Shown: positions 9,918-20,605, counted from the stretch's first letter. The stretch: DNA of 64,000 nt from Nitrospirota bacterium (GCA_963710375.1 CAVPZX010000002.1:608001-672000), one strand, 5' to 3'. The notes: a model not told the origin generated them from the letters alone. Program-made: numbers and translations.

Positions 9918-10421
9918 ATGAATACACCTGTTCAACCAATAAAAAGGATATGATCGAGCTTGAGACCTCAGATATTGGATAATTTAGGACTTGAAGCAGC
10001 AGTCGAGTGGCAGATTCGGGAATTCCAGAACAGAACTGACATACGTTGTGATCGGATTATCGAGCTTAAGAATGTCGTCATTGGGGAGCAACTCGCCACT
10101 GCCATATTCCGCATACTTCAAGAGGCCTTGACGAATATTATGAGACATGCAAAAGCGACGATGGTGCAGGTATTTCTAAAAGAACAAAACGGCAACATAC
10201 TACTGAAGGTCCGGGACAATGGGAAGGGGATAATGGAGAGTGAATATACCCAACCCGGTTCTTTTGGACTTGCCCGTATGCAAGAAAGGGTCAGATCTTT
10301 TGGTGGAGAGTTGACAATAAATGGAACTCCAGGAAATGGCACGACCATAACGGTAAACATCTCCCACTATATCACTCCTGAAACCACGCATATAGCTGAT
10401 TCCGGTGTATTGAGCATTTAG
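9918..10421 (+). pseudogene. Remnant of a NarX/UhpB-type (HisKA_3) histidine kinase: HATPase only, in-frame TGA at 9951
   Basis: KRI*SSLRPQILDNLGL, FRILQEALTNIMRHA, DNGKG, GSFGL..MQER; no H-box or sensor domain. Confidence 0.7.
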
Positions 10422-10576
10422 GGGACGGTGTTAACTTTGTTAACTTCAGAGGAGGCAGGGATTTAAAGAGTTCTGCCGCAAGATGGTCCCGATAAAAGTT
10501 ATTTTCGGTAATGTGCACATTTTTCTAGTTTCCGAGAGTGTTAGTTTGTCAGGTGCAGCCAACGTTTAAAATGACA

Positions 10577-11254
10577 TTACCCCTTCGTCCTATTTCTGGC
10601 AAACGCCTTTGATACCTTTGATAGATGGTCTGCCATTCTGATAGGATCGGGAAGTCTGTACCTGGTCAGACACTGAAGCAAAATTGCTATGGATGAAGGC
10701 AGGTCTATGAGATGTCCGGGAGAAACAAACACAGGTCTGACATGATCCCGCGTCCTCAGTACAGCGCCGACTCGTTCTCCTTTATATATGAGAGGCGACC
10801 ACTGGCCTTTCTCAGGCCCGGGTTCGGCATATTCACCCACCAGCCTCGACTTTGCGCAGCCTATCGTAGGGATGTCAATCAGCACGCCGATGTGTGAGGC
10901 GATGCCGAGCCTCCGGGGATGGGCTATTCCCTGCCCATCAACAATTATCACATCGGGTTTGTGCATGAGTTTCCTTATCGCACTGATGATAGCGTGCCCT
11001 TCCCTGAAGCTGAGGAACCCCGGGACATAAGGGAACCGGATATCTTCGATCGAAATAGCATCGGTCATGTGGGTGAGTGAAGGATATGCAAAGAGAGAGG
11101 CGACAGCGATTACCTGTTCCCCATCAAATGCGGCATCGACCCCAGCTATAGATGACGGATTTTTTCGCAGAGGGTGTATCCGTACCTTTTCCCTCAGCTC
11201 ATTTTGTATCCTCTTTGCAGCCTCCATATCCCTCGGCCAAACATACCCCGACAT
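10577..11254 (-). CDS. nfi: Endonuclease V
   Basis: IAGVD, FPYVPGFLSFRE, DGQGIAHPRRLGIASH, IGCAKS. Confidence 0.95.
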   Translation of the reverse strand: MSGYVWPRDMEAAKRIQNELREKVRIHPLRKNPSSIAGVDAAFDGEQVIAVASLFAYPSLTHMTDAISIEDIRFPYVPGFLSFREGHAIISAIRKLMHKPDVIIVDGQGIAHPRRLGIASHIGVLIDIPTIGCAKSRLVGEYAEPGPEKGQWSPLIYKGERVGAVLRTRDHVRPVFVSPGHLIDLPSSIAILLQCLTRYRLPDPIRMADHLSKVSKAFARNRTKG

Positions 11255-11377
11255 ATTATTATATTATCAGTTGGTCAACTTTCAGGGTTGAGGTTTATTA
11301 ACGGTCTTTTTGTTCGACAATTTTGGGTATAATGTAATAAAGTTGTGTGGCATGGAACAGCAGAAGAGGAGGCAAAT

Positions 11378-11872
11378 ATGAGGAAAAGTTGTGCTGGCTT
11401 GATAACCGTTATCCTTTGCAGCGGTCTCCTGATCATGGGGTCAGTTTTATCAACGTATGCTGAGCAGGGCGAGGGTCGTAAGCTTGTGTTCACAAAACAC
11501 TTTAATGACAGCCTGTTTGACATAACTGAAAAGGCGGAATTCAGTGTGGAGATTTTATTGGATGAAAAGGAACACAAGATCGGCAAAAACGTCATCGGCA
11601 TCGTAATACATAACTCTCATAATCAGGATGTGGAGAATGCCTCCTTGACGATCGATTATAGGAATACGGATACCGGTCAACCCGCAGCTCTGGGTACGGT
11701 CGTGAAAGAAAAAGGTGGGGGACTATATATTGTGTCCAATCTGAATCTTAACAAGGAAGGCAGGTGGAAGCTGACCATAACTGTCAGGAAGAATGGCGTC
11801 GATGACAGTGCATCATTTCTTTTCCCTGATGTTTTAAAAGAGAAATGGCCGGCCGGGAAATATAACCCTTAG
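11378..11872 (+). CDS. Exported YtkA/FixH-like Ig-fold protein
   Basis: Signal peptide; GKN, EKGGGLY, GRWKLTITV; GGAGG RBS. Confidence 0.6.
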   Translation: MRKSCAGLITVILCSGLLIMGSVLSTYAEQGEGRKLVFTKHFNDSLFDITEKAEFSVEILLDEKEHKIGKNVIGIVIHNSHNQDVENASLTIDYRNTDTGQPAALGTVVKEKGGGLYIVSNLNLNKEGRWKLTITVRKNGVDDSASFLFPDVLKEKWPAGKYNP

Positions 11873-11882
11873 GAGAAAAAAT

Positions 11883-13475
11883 ATGAAACTGAATGATATT
11901 ACCAGAGGGACAGGGCTCGAAGAACACGGAATTACCAATGTTAATCTAGTCTTCTGGACACCTCCCACCCCGGTACTGTACGAGCAAATCGTGAGACGGG
12001 GCGAAGGCCTTATTACCCATTTGGGAGCTATCGATGTGAAAACAGGCCATTATACCGGTCGGGCTGCCAACGAAAAATTCATAGTCGATGAACCGTCATG
12101 TCATGACCATATCAACTGGGGTAAAGTCAACCAGCCTTTGGACCCGGCTAAATTCGACGGCCTTTACAACCGGCTGGTGGCCTACTTGCATGGCAAGGAC
12201 CTGTTCGTTCAGGACTGCTTTGCCGGGGCAAGTCCTGAACACCGCCTGCCTGTGCGCGTGATTACCGAAAATGCCTGGCACTCTCTCTTCGCAAGGAACA
12301 TGTTGATCAGGGCGACCGAAGAGGAGTTGATCAAACACAAACCGGCCTTTACGGTCATCGACGTGCCGAGTTTTTATTCCATCCCTTCCGTTGACGGCAC
12401 TAACACTGAAGCCTTCATCATCGTAAATTTTGCCAGGCGGTTAATCCTTATCGGTGGTACAAGTTATGCCGGTGAGATCAAGAAGTCAATCTTTACCATT
12501 CTAAACTATTTATTGCCTCATGACAAAAATATCCTTTCCATGCACTGTTCGGCTAGTGTGGGTAAAAAAGGGGATGTGGCCATCTTCTTCGGTCTCTCGG
12601 GAACCGGCAAGACCTCACTCTCCGCTGATCCGAACCGGGCATTGATCGGCGACGATGAGCACGGTTGGGATGACAAAGGGATATTCAACTTCGAAGGCGG
12701 ATGTTACGCGAAGATCATCAAACTTTCGAGTGAATCGGAGCCGGAAATCTATGAAACGACCAGAAGGTTCGGCACCATCCTTGAAAACGTCGCCATTAAT
12801 ACGGTGACTCGCAGGATCGATCTGGATGACGATTCCTTAACTGAAAACACGCGCGCCTCCTACCCGATCACCCATATCCCTAATATCATACGGTCAGGCA
12901 TGGGGAGGCATCCTTCCAACATCATAATGCTCACCTGCGATGCCTTTGGGTTGTTGCCGCCAATTGCCAAACTGAGCCCGGTTCAGGCTATGTACCATTT
13001 CCTGTCCGGCTATACCGCCAAGGTGGCAGGCACCGAGGCAGGCGTTACCGAGCCGCAGGCGACCTTTTCCGCATGTTTTGGATCACCGTTCATGGCGCTC
13101 CATCCTTCAGTCTATGCCGAACTCCTCAACAAAAAAATCTCCGAACACGCTGTCAACTGCTGGTTGGTGAATACGGGCTGGAGCGGCGGCGGCTACGGTG
13201 TGGGAAGCCGGATGAAGATCGCCTATTCGCGGGCACTCGTCAGCGCTGCCATTGAAGGCGTGCTGGCAAAGGGGGAATTCGATAAGGACCCTTTCTTTGG
13301 GCTCAAGGTGCCGAAGGCATGTCCCGGCATGCCGGCTAAATTGCTAAAGCCGCGCAATGCCTGGGCTGACAAGGCGGCCTATGATAAAGCCGCTAAAAAT
13401 CTGGTGGAACAGTTCCGCAATAATTTCAGGCAATACGAAGGATATGTTCCGCAACCAGTGGCCGGTGTGCTCTGA
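11883..13475 (+). CDS. pckA: Phosphoenolpyruvate carboxykinase (ATP)
   Basis: YAGEIKK, MHCSA, FGLSGTGKT, LIGDDEHGW, NFEGGCYAK. Confidence 0.97.
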   Translation: MKLNDITRGTGLEEHGITNVNLVFWTPPTPVLYEQIVRRGEGLITHLGAIDVKTGHYTGRAANEKFIVDEPSCHDHINWGKVNQPLDPAKFDGLYNRLVAYLHGKDLFVQDCFAGASPEHRLPVRVITENAWHSLFARNMLIRATEEELIKHKPAFTVIDVPSFYSIPSVDGTNTEAFIIVNFARRLILIGGTSYAGEIKKSIFTILNYLLPHDKNILSMHCSASVGKKGDVAIFFGLSGTGKTSLSADPNRALIGDDEHGWDDKGIFNFEGGCYAKIIKLSSESEPEIYETTRRFGTILENVAINTVTRRIDLDDDSLTENTRASYPITHIPNIIRSGMGRHPSNIIMLTCDAFGLLPPIAKLSPVQAMYHFLSGYTAKVAGTEAGVTEPQATFSACFGSPFMALHPSVYAELLNKKISEHAVNCWLVNTGWSGGGYGVGSRMKIAYSRALVSAAIEGVLAKGEFDKDPFFGLKVPKACPGMPAKLLKPRNAWADKAAYDKAAKNLVEQFRNNFRQYEGYVPQPVAGVL

Positions 13476-13482
13476 AAATTTT

Positions 13483-14361
13483 CTAATCTGCTGGAAGAGG
13501 GATCCTGGACTCACACGGCACCCCGCTCTGGCATAAGCCGCAGGCATAAGCTTCAAACCCGAAATGGGACGTGCAATATTCCTTCATCGCTACCTCTACG
13601 TAAGGCCGGCATTTCAACTTGTCGTGGCCCTGGTCGCTTAAGGCCCCGGCGGGGCACCGGTTGACGCACTTCTTACAAGTCCCGCGACTGAAAAAAAGGC
13701 AATATTCGTGATGGTCTTTATATGGTCGCGGAGTCGGAGGTATCTGAATGCGTGCAACAACAGAACCGCAGCGTACCGCCTTTCCCAGCGGCGTAATCAA
13801 CCCATCGCAAAGGCCAAAGGTCCCAAGCCCCGAAGCATGGGCTGCATGCCGCTCAGACCAGGTTGACGCATAAAGATAGAGTTCTGACATCTTCCACGCC
13901 CATTCGGGTGAAAGCATAGGAGCAACAGCCTCAATTCCGGCGGCCCCGAGAGTATCGACAACATGCTTTCGGAGACTTACGTTTATCTCCTCGCCGAATT
14001 TCCTGGCCCTTGCCCAGCTTTCCGAAGGGTAAGTCGTCTCCTTTTTGTGATCAGCTTTAGTCTTGGCCGTTTGAGGCAAAATCCAGCTTATAACCGTCAA
14101 ATCGCCAGCCCGCACTTCCATTTGTGGAAAAGTCAGGCTGAATATTTCCAATGGGGTCCAGTGGAATAATCCGATATGCTCCTTGAATGCTTGATAAATT
14201 GGATCACCACCGGAAGAGAATCCCACCAGGGGGTCGTCCCATGCCTTGTCGTTTGCCGGATTTTTCAGGGTGTTTTCCGGTGATTTATTGATAAAGTCTT
14301 TTACAATACTTTCAAGCCATCCAGCCGCATCTTTTATTTCGTGGTTTTCCTGCATTTTCAT
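13483..14361 (-). CDS. QueG / reductive-dehalogenase-like 4Fe-4S protein
   Basis: SERHAAHASGLG.FG, CKKCVNRCP, CGLCQSGVPC. Confidence 0.75.
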   Translation of the reverse strand: MKMQENHEIKDAAGWLESIVKDFINKSPENTLKNPANDKAWDDPLVGFSSGGDPIYQAFKEHIGLFHWTPLEIFSLTFPQMEVRAGDLTVISWILPQTAKTKADHKKETTYPSESWARARKFGEEINVSLRKHVVDTLGAAGIEAVAPMLSPEWAWKMSELYLYASTWSERHAAHASGLGTFGLCDGLITPLGKAVRCGSVVARIQIPPTPRPYKDHHEYCLFFSRGTCKKCVNRCPAGALSDQGHDKLKCRPYVEVAMKEYCTSHFGFEAYACGLCQSGVPCESRIPLPAD

Positions 14362-14380
14362 CCCAATAGCGCCATCACTC

Positions 14381-15209
14381 TCAATCCAACCATGTAATGT
14401 TGGCGTCTTTACGCAACGGCAGACGATGATATTTGTACTTCGGATACCCGATCATCATGGCCCCGAAACATGCATGTCCTTCGGGCAGCGCAAGTGTCTG
14501 CCGAAGCGGCGGCCACTGTGAGGCAGCCATCATAAAGAAACCGGCCCAGCAACTGCCCAGCCCGAAAGAAGGCGCTGCCAGATCCAGAAATGTAAGAGCA
14601 ATGGCGCTGTCGGTCCTGGCATTATTATAGTCTTTCGGCGAGTGGGCTATGACAAGACCTGGCGCTCCCCGGGTGACGCGGTCTATTCCAGCCTCCCAAG
14701 CTTTTACTAACACCGGGAAGTTATATTTCTCCGCCATTGGATGCTTCTCTGCAATCATATGGCGGATAAGGTGAACTACCAATCCGGCCATGCTTCGTAC
14801 CGCCTCACGCGAATTGACGGCAAGCCAGTTGACAAGTTGGCTGTTAGAGCCTGTTGGCGCATACCTCGCAATGTCAATTAGTTTTTCAAGCTTCTCACGC
14901 TCTATTGCTTTGTCCTGGTATGTACGGATAGACCTTCTGGAACGCAGAAAATGCTCAACGTGCTCAGCACTCAGCGCCAAGTCCTCTCTTACCGGCAGGC
15001 AGTCTTCAGTCTTCATTCCGGCAAGGGAGAAAGCCCCGTGGGGACAGACTGCAACACAATGTCCGCACCTGATGCAATATTTTTCCGCTCCCTGCACTGG
15101 CGTCGGAGGCTGAAGAAGCGTCACTCATTTCGAGGATGCGCATAGGACATTCATCCACGCAGATACCATCACGCTTGCACTTCTCTGTGTCGATCGTAAA
15201 AAAACCCAT
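14381..15209 (-). CDS. Nitroreductase with N-terminal 2x[4Fe-4S] domain; +1 frameshift near 15110
   Basis: CKRDGICVDECP in one frame; CIRCGHCVAVCP, RRSIR and APTGSNSQ in the next. Confidence 0.85.
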
Positions 15210-15505
15210 ATAAACCCTCCAAACTTTTGTTCTTCATAGCTTAACCAAGCAACCGATCGCCAAACAACCGAAGCCTGGGTGAGTCAGAAAAAAATTTTCC
15301 GAAATTGACGATATCGTCTATTTTATGTTAGTTTATAAAGTTTTGGCAATTTCCTCTATCATTTAATCTTTTTGTTCTGACACGAACAAACAGGGAGACA
15401 TTGCAGGACAGGGGAGTTGCGTGCATGAATGATGCATGGATGCTATGTACAGGAAATTCATGATATCACTTTTATAAACCTAAAAAAACAAAAGGAGTGT
15501 GTGCC

Positions 15506-15664
15506 ATGGCCGAGAAAGTAAAGTCCAAGACCGATGTAACTGCCAGAGCAGAGAACAAGGGCAAGGGTCAGAACTGCCGTAATTGCGGCAATAAGATCGA
15601 TGTTGTCCTGGCAGTTTCGCCGTCTGGAAAGAAAAAAATGCGCCGCGTATGCTGCGGGGAGTAA
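15506..15664 (+). CDS. 52-aa basic CxxC...CC small protein (absent from ORF track)
   Basis: AAGGAG RBS; MAEKVKSKTDVTARAENKGKGQNCRNCGNKIDVVLAVSPSGKKKMRRVCCGE; strong hairpin follows. Confidence 0.7.
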   Translation: MAEKVKSKTDVTARAENKGKGQNCRNCGNKIDVVLAVSPSGKKKMRRVCCGE

Positions 15665-15671
15665 TCTTTTA

Positions 15672-15709
15672 CCTCCCTTAGGCAAGGGATATCGCTTGCC
15701 TAAGGGAGG
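15672..15709. terminator. 15-bp perfect hairpin between convergent genes
   Basis: CCTCCCTTAGGCAAG-ggatatcg-CTTGCCTAAGGGAGG. Confidence 0.75.
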
Positions 15710-15716
15710 AATCTCA

Positions 15717-16466
15717 TCATGATGCAGACCCAATCTCCCAGAGCTTCAGGTATTTCAGAAAGGTATAGAAGCTATAGAGCACTGCAAGGACAAAACCGTG
15801 AAAGCCATCCCTGAACCCTTGCTGTAACAGGAACATTCTTAAAAAGGTAACAGGGGGCTTTAGCACAAGCTGGTAAAATCTCGCCGAGCCCCCCTTTTGA
15901 TGCAGTTCTGTTGCGGCAAGCGTTGAATAAACATCCATCTTTTTTATGTAATCCGAAATTTTCCTGTACGTATAATGTTCCATGGGATTTTTACAATAGG
16001 CAGTCTTCCCATCTGCTACGATCTTCTCATGTACCTCCCTCTGCTCCACATGCGCACTCTCTTTTCTGAACAACCTTAAGGTATAGTCGGGCCACCAGCC
16101 TCCGTGCCGTATCCACCGGCCGAGAAAGAAGTTTTTTCTGGGGATGTAAAAAGCATTGTTGACGGAGCTTTCAATGGCGGTCCTGATTTCCCCGGCAAGC
16201 TCCTCCGTCACCCGCTCGTCAGCATCCAGCACAAGCACCCATGGCATAGACGCCTTGTCAATGCCTGATTGTTTCTGCCTTGCATAGCCCTGCCATCTGA
16301 TCTGAAAAATATTATCGGTATACCTGCGTGCAATAGATATGGTGCTGTCGGAGCTGAAGTCGTCGATAATGATAATTTCGCTGAACCCGCTGACGCTTTT
16401 AAGCGCCGCCTCTATATTCCGCTCCTCGTCTTTTGTCACTATGACGACTGATAAAGGCGCCTTCAT
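15717..16466 (-). CDS. Glycosyltransferase family 2 (KdtX/WaaE-like, LPS core)
   Basis: LSVVIVTKDEE, LDADE, WWPDY.LRLF, VHE. Confidence 0.88.
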   Translation of the reverse strand: MKAPLSVVIVTKDEERNIEAALKSVSGFSEIIIIDDFSSDSTISIARRYTDNIFQIRWQGYARQKQSGIDKASMPWVLVLDADERVTEELAGEIRTAIESSVNNAFYIPRKNFFLGRWIRHGGWWPDYTLRLFRKESAHVEQREVHEKIVADGKTAYCKNPMEHYTYRKISDYIKKMDVYSTLAATELHQKGGSARFYQLVLKPPVTFLRMFLLQQGFRDGFHGFVLAVLYSFYTFLKYLKLWEIGSAS

Positions 16467-17236
16467 TGCCCGCCCACCAGGACCGCCTTCACAGTGCCGA
16501 TGCCGACCTTCGTCTTCAGCATGACCGGTATCTTCCTATTGTCGTCGGTGAGCCAGATAAGTATGTCTCCCTTTCTAAAAAAAATGCCCTCTGATCTGAC
16601 AATCGGCTTTATCAGCAGCGTTCTAAATGTCCCTGCAGATGTCTCTATAACTTCCCGTTTCAACACCTGGACCTCTGCCTTATACAGTTTTTTGCTGTCA
16701 AATACATCGACGAAAACAGATTCCCCGACTTCGAGCGGCAGTGTCCTGACATAGTAGAAACTTGAGAGAGGATCGAGTGTAGATTTATTGATGCCGAACT
16801 CTTTCTTTTCTTTGGCCAGATAGTTTATATAGGTCACTTTTTTTTCGCTGTGATCCATAATAAATTCCTTGTCCCTCTTCTGCCTGCCTTCGTGTATAAT
16901 TATGCGGTAATCATGAGGCACTCCTATAAACCCCTCGTAATATCCTTTTCTCTCTCCATAATTAAGCGTGCTGATGACTAAATCCTCGACGTGATAGAAC
17001 AACGACGCCAAAGGAGAAGAATTGGCTTTCGATATGAACTGGATTTCGTCGCCTGTCTGCCTGACCTCCAGTTCTGCCTCGCCGGTCTTTATTCCTTCCC
17101 AGGTAAGGTCATAGTGGAGCTTTTCAGGGATCGAAAAAGAATTGGCCGGAGAAAATAGCACCGAGAGTTCAAAAAAAACAAGGACAAATAAAGCAGTTTT
17201 CAACACAATAGAAGGCCCCCGGTCGTTTACATCCAT
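16463..17236 (-). CDS. DUF3108 family protein
   Basis: EKLHY.LTW.GIK.G, DPLSSFYYVR, IWLTDD.RKIPV. Confidence 0.75.
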   Translation of the reverse strand: MDVNDRGPSIVLKTALFVLVFFELSVLFSPANSFSIPEKLHYDLTWEGIKTGEAELEVRQTGDEIQFISKANSSPLASLFYHVEDLVISTLNYGERKGYYEGFIGVPHDYRIIIHEGRQKRDKEFIMDHSEKKVTYINYLAKEKKEFGINKSTLDPLSSFYYVRTLPLEVGESVFVDVFDSKKLYKAEVQVLKREVIETSAGTFRTLLIKPIVRSEGIFFRKGDILIWLTDDNRKIPVMLKTKVGIGTVKAVLVGGQ

Positions 17237-17257
17237 TTTAGTATGTTATATTAATCT

Positions 17258-17983
17258 ATGTTTGTAATTCCTGCAATAGATTTAAAAGATGGTCTCTGCG
17301 TGAGGCTCCTGCAGGGCAGGAAAGAGGATGCAACGGTATACTCAAGTGATCCGGTTGCCACTGCCAAAAAATGGGAGTCCTGCGGGGCCAAACTGCTGCA
17401 TGTCGTTGACCTTGACGGCGCTTTCACCGGCAACCAGAAAAACCTCGAAAGCATACGGAAAATCAGGGCTGCAGTGACAATGGATATAGAAGTGGGCGGC
17501 GGCATTCGCGATATGTCGAGGATAGACCAACTAATTGCACTCGGGATAAACAGGGTCATTCTAGGCACCGTTGCTATAGTAAAGCCGGTACTCGTAACTC
17601 AAGCGGCCCGCATATATCCCGGCAGAGTCCTCGTCGGCATCGATGCAAAGCACGGCCTCGTTGCTGTAAAGGGCTGGGTGGAAGTCACCCGGGCAAAACC
17701 GGTAGAACTCGCCCTCGCCATGCAGAAGCATGGCGCAGCCGGGATTATCTACACCGATATTTCCAAAGACGGGATGATGGCCGGACCCAATATCGAGGCG
17801 ACACGCAAAATGGTCGAGTCGCTTGCCATACCTGTCATTGCATCAGGCGGCGTTTCCTCAATAGATGACCTGAAAAAATTAATGGCAATAAAAAACCTGT
17901 GGGGCGCGATCACCGGAATGGCTCTGTACACAGGCTCTCTTGACCTGGAAGAGGCGATCAAGTTGACAACTAAAGGCTTTTAA
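17258..17983 (+). CDS. hisA: ProFAR isomerase
   Basis: [36 protein letters not shown]. Confidence 0.95.
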   Translation: MFVIPAIDLKDGLCVRLLQGRKEDATVYSSDPVATAKKWESCGAKLLHVVDLDGAFTGNQKNLESIRKIRAAVTMDIEVGGGIRDMSRIDQLIALGINRVILGTVAIVKPVLVTQAARIYPGRVLVGIDAKHGLVAVKGWVEVTRAKPVELALAMQKHGAAGIIYTDISKDGMMAGPNIEATRKMVESLAIPVIASGGVSSIDDLKKLMAIKNLWGAITGMALYTGSLDLEEAIKLTTKGF

Positions 17984-17984
17984 T

Positions 17985-18858
17985 ATGCTTGCAAAGAGAA
18001 TAATACCATGCCTTGACGTAAAGGACGGCCGCGTAGTGAAGGGTGTCAATTTCGTCAATATAAGGGACGCCGGCGATCCTGTGGATAATGCCGTATATTA
18101 TGACGAACAGGGTGCGGATGAACTGGTTTTCCTCGATATAACCGCTTCTCACGAAAAAAGGAATATCATCCTCCATGTTGTCGAAAAAACTGCCGACGAC
18201 GTCTTCATGCCGCTGACAGTTGGTGGCGGAGTGCGGACGCTTGACGATATCAGGGATTTGCTCAATGCCGGGTGTGACAAAGTATCGATAAATACAGACT
18301 GCTGTGAAAGACCCTTATTTCATCAGCCGTGCTGCCGAGAAATTCGGCAGTCAGTGCATTGTTCTCGCAATTGACGCAAAAAGAGTGACCAGCGGCTTGA
18401 TCTATGAAACGGGAGAAAAGTGGTTAGGTGATGAATCCCTTAAATGTGTATGTCTACAGCCCGATAAAGTCGCTGACTTTTTGGGCGCCCCATCTGCAGG
18501 CAACGGTGGATTGTGGGCACTTTCGACTCATGGCGGCAGAAAAATGAAACATATTGATGCAGTCAAATGGGCAGAAAAAGCGGAGGAGCTCGGCGCAGGA
18601 GAGATTCTGCTGACGAGCATGGACAGGGACGGGACAAAAGACGGATACGACCTCGAACTCACAAGGGCTGTTTCAGAGGCTGTGTCTGTCCCGGTAATCG
18701 CATCCGGCGGAGTCGGCACCCTCGATCATCTTTACGAAGGCATTGTGCAGGGCAAGGCGGATGCAGTGCTTGCCGCGTCTATCTTTCACTATAGAGAACA
18801 TACGGTGAAAGAGGCAAAAGAATTCCTGAGGGCAAAAGGAATTCCCGTACGCTTATAG
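17985..18858 (+). CDS. hisF: Imidazole glycerol phosphate synthase cyclase subunit; +1 frameshift near 18298
   Basis: [12 protein letters not shown]...KVSINT, then FGSQCIV...[10 protein letters not shown]...VIASGG...LAASIFH in the next frame. Confidence 0.92.
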
Positions 18859-19367
18859 GAGCACTGCAATTCAGATGGTACGGGATTGTTTTCTTTGCGA
18901 GTGATTAGACTGCTGTGCCAGCCCTGCCGACTGCAAGGAAAGAAAAAATAACATCACCGGCCGGGCAGCGTCAAAAAGACACTGCTAAAACTGTAAAAGA
19001 TAGTATCCAATGTCAGTTCAAGTGTGAGTTTCAGCTTATACGCCGTATGGGTTTTGCCCGTAATAATATTTTCTAATTCTTCCTGCAATACGAAACTTAC
19101 GGTTTTATGTTGATGGTGAGATGTACGACCGGTAATCCGTGAATGTAAAGGCTCAGGATTTAAGCCAGCCGATAGCGTAGGGTGTTGAAAAAATGCTCCC
19201 GCATAAATCTGGGAGTTTTTTGGGTATAATAATAACCTATTGTGGCCGTGTATTTTTTTTGTGGGTTATAAAATTTGCGTTTGCATCGCAGGTATAATGA
19301 TAATAAAAACATATGAAATTATTAGAAAGAATCATTTTGGTTTTGTAAAACAGGGAGGGAATATAAA

Positions 19368-20132
19368 ATGTGTTTTTTAGACTATGACGATAAGGACTGT
19401 AACAGAAAGAATTTAATCAGCAAATACGATAAGGTAAAAATAAAATATGAAAAAATATGGAAGTATTATGACACCGAAATGCCCAAATGCATTGATGATT
19501 GTAAGAATAAAATTAATAAAGAAAACATTGACGGCCCGCAAGGGATATACTGGATTGGTGAGAAGTCTAAGATTTTTTTTGTTGGTTTGGAAAATGATGG
19601 ATGGCCTTCAGTGTCCGATAAGTATCAACCAGAGAATGTTAAGTATGCTCCGTTACACTTCCTGTATTTCAGGGGGGCTTGGATGAGCGGAATATGGAGG
19701 AGGATTAGGTATATCATAGAAAAGAGTGGGTTTGTAGTGCCAGGAGAAGAAGAATGGAGCAATATAATCGATTATTTTGCATTTAGTAATTTATGTAAAT
19801 GCTGTGATAAAAATAATAGCAAAAACAAGCAGGAGAAACTGTATTGTAATTGCTTTGGGCATGGGTTTATTCACAAAGAAATAGAGGCAGTTGATGCACC
19901 TATTAATGTTTTCTTTACTTTAGGGCACCCTGAATTTTTTAATACGTTTATGGGTGAAGCATCCGAGAGGTTGTGCGATGATAAAATATTAAAATGTATA
20001 AAAAGTGATAAAATATTTTATTGTTTACATCATCCTGCAAGGATGTCCGATGAAATTTTAGACTGTTTGTGCGCTGATATAAATGTAGAGATGGGAAGGA
20101 AGGATATTGTTGGTATTGGTAAAATAGTGTAA
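19368..20132 (+). CDS. AT-rich orphan with uracil-DNA-glycosylase-superfamily-like motifs
   Basis: GGAGG RBS; KIFFVGLENDGW, FSNLCKC, EIEAV.API.VF.G, LHHPAR. Confidence 0.55.
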   Translation: MCFLDYDDKDCNRKNLISKYDKVKIKYEKIWKYYDTEMPKCIDDCKNKINKENIDGPQGIYWIGEKSKIFFVGLENDGWPSVSDKYQPENVKYAPLHFLYFRGAWMSGIWRRIRYIIEKSGFVVPGEEEWSNIIDYFAFSNLCKCCDKNNSKNKQEKLYCNCFGHGFIHKEIEAVDAPINVFFTLGHPEFFNTFMGEASERLCDDKILKCIKSDKIFYCLHHPARMSDEILDCLCADINVEMGRKDIVGIGKIV

Positions 20133-20160
20133 TAAACGGAAAAATAAAGGAGGATACAAC

Positions 20161-20343
20161 ATGGCAATTGGATCAGCGGCTCAAAAACAAGAATACAATG
20201 TGTTTGTTTACGATGAAAAGGGTAACGTGCTTTTTCAGAAAACTGGAAAGCTTGTTGGATATACAAGTTCTACAGTAACTGTATATTTCCAGAACACGAC
20301 ATATACTTTTGATGTGAAGGGTAATGTGCTTTTTACGAAGTAA
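20161..20343 (+). CDS. 60-aa beta-rich hypothetical protein with internal duplication
   Basis: AAGGAGG RBS; YDEKGNVLF / FDVKGNVLF. Confidence 0.75.
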   Translation: MAIGSAAQKQEYNVFVYDEKGNVLFQKTGKLVGYTSSTVTVYFQNTTYTFDVKGNVLFTK

Positions 20344-20404
20344 TGTTTTTTTGGGAATGAATAGGCGGGGTGGAACAGGAAATATCCTCTGAAAGCAAAA
20401 AAAT

Positions 20405-20605
20405 ATGCGCTTAGAATGTGATAAATACAGGATACAACGTTCAAAAGTATTGGGTGAAATAGAGGGTTTAGCTGTGGCCTCGGTTAACGGTAAGGATGTA
20501 ATAACCAAGGAGCAATGTATCGAAAGGTTTGAGATGATACTAGAAAAATTCAAGGAATATGATAGGCTTTCGCGGCTTTATGTTAAAGGGTTGGAGAACA
20601 GCTAA
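20405..20605 (+). CDS. Hypothetical protein
   Basis: 66-aa ORF, co-oriented with neighbours, weak RBS. Confidence 0.4.
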   Translation: MRLECDKYRIQRSKVLGEIEGLAVASVNGKDVITKEQCIERFEMILEKFKEYDRLSRLYVKGLENS

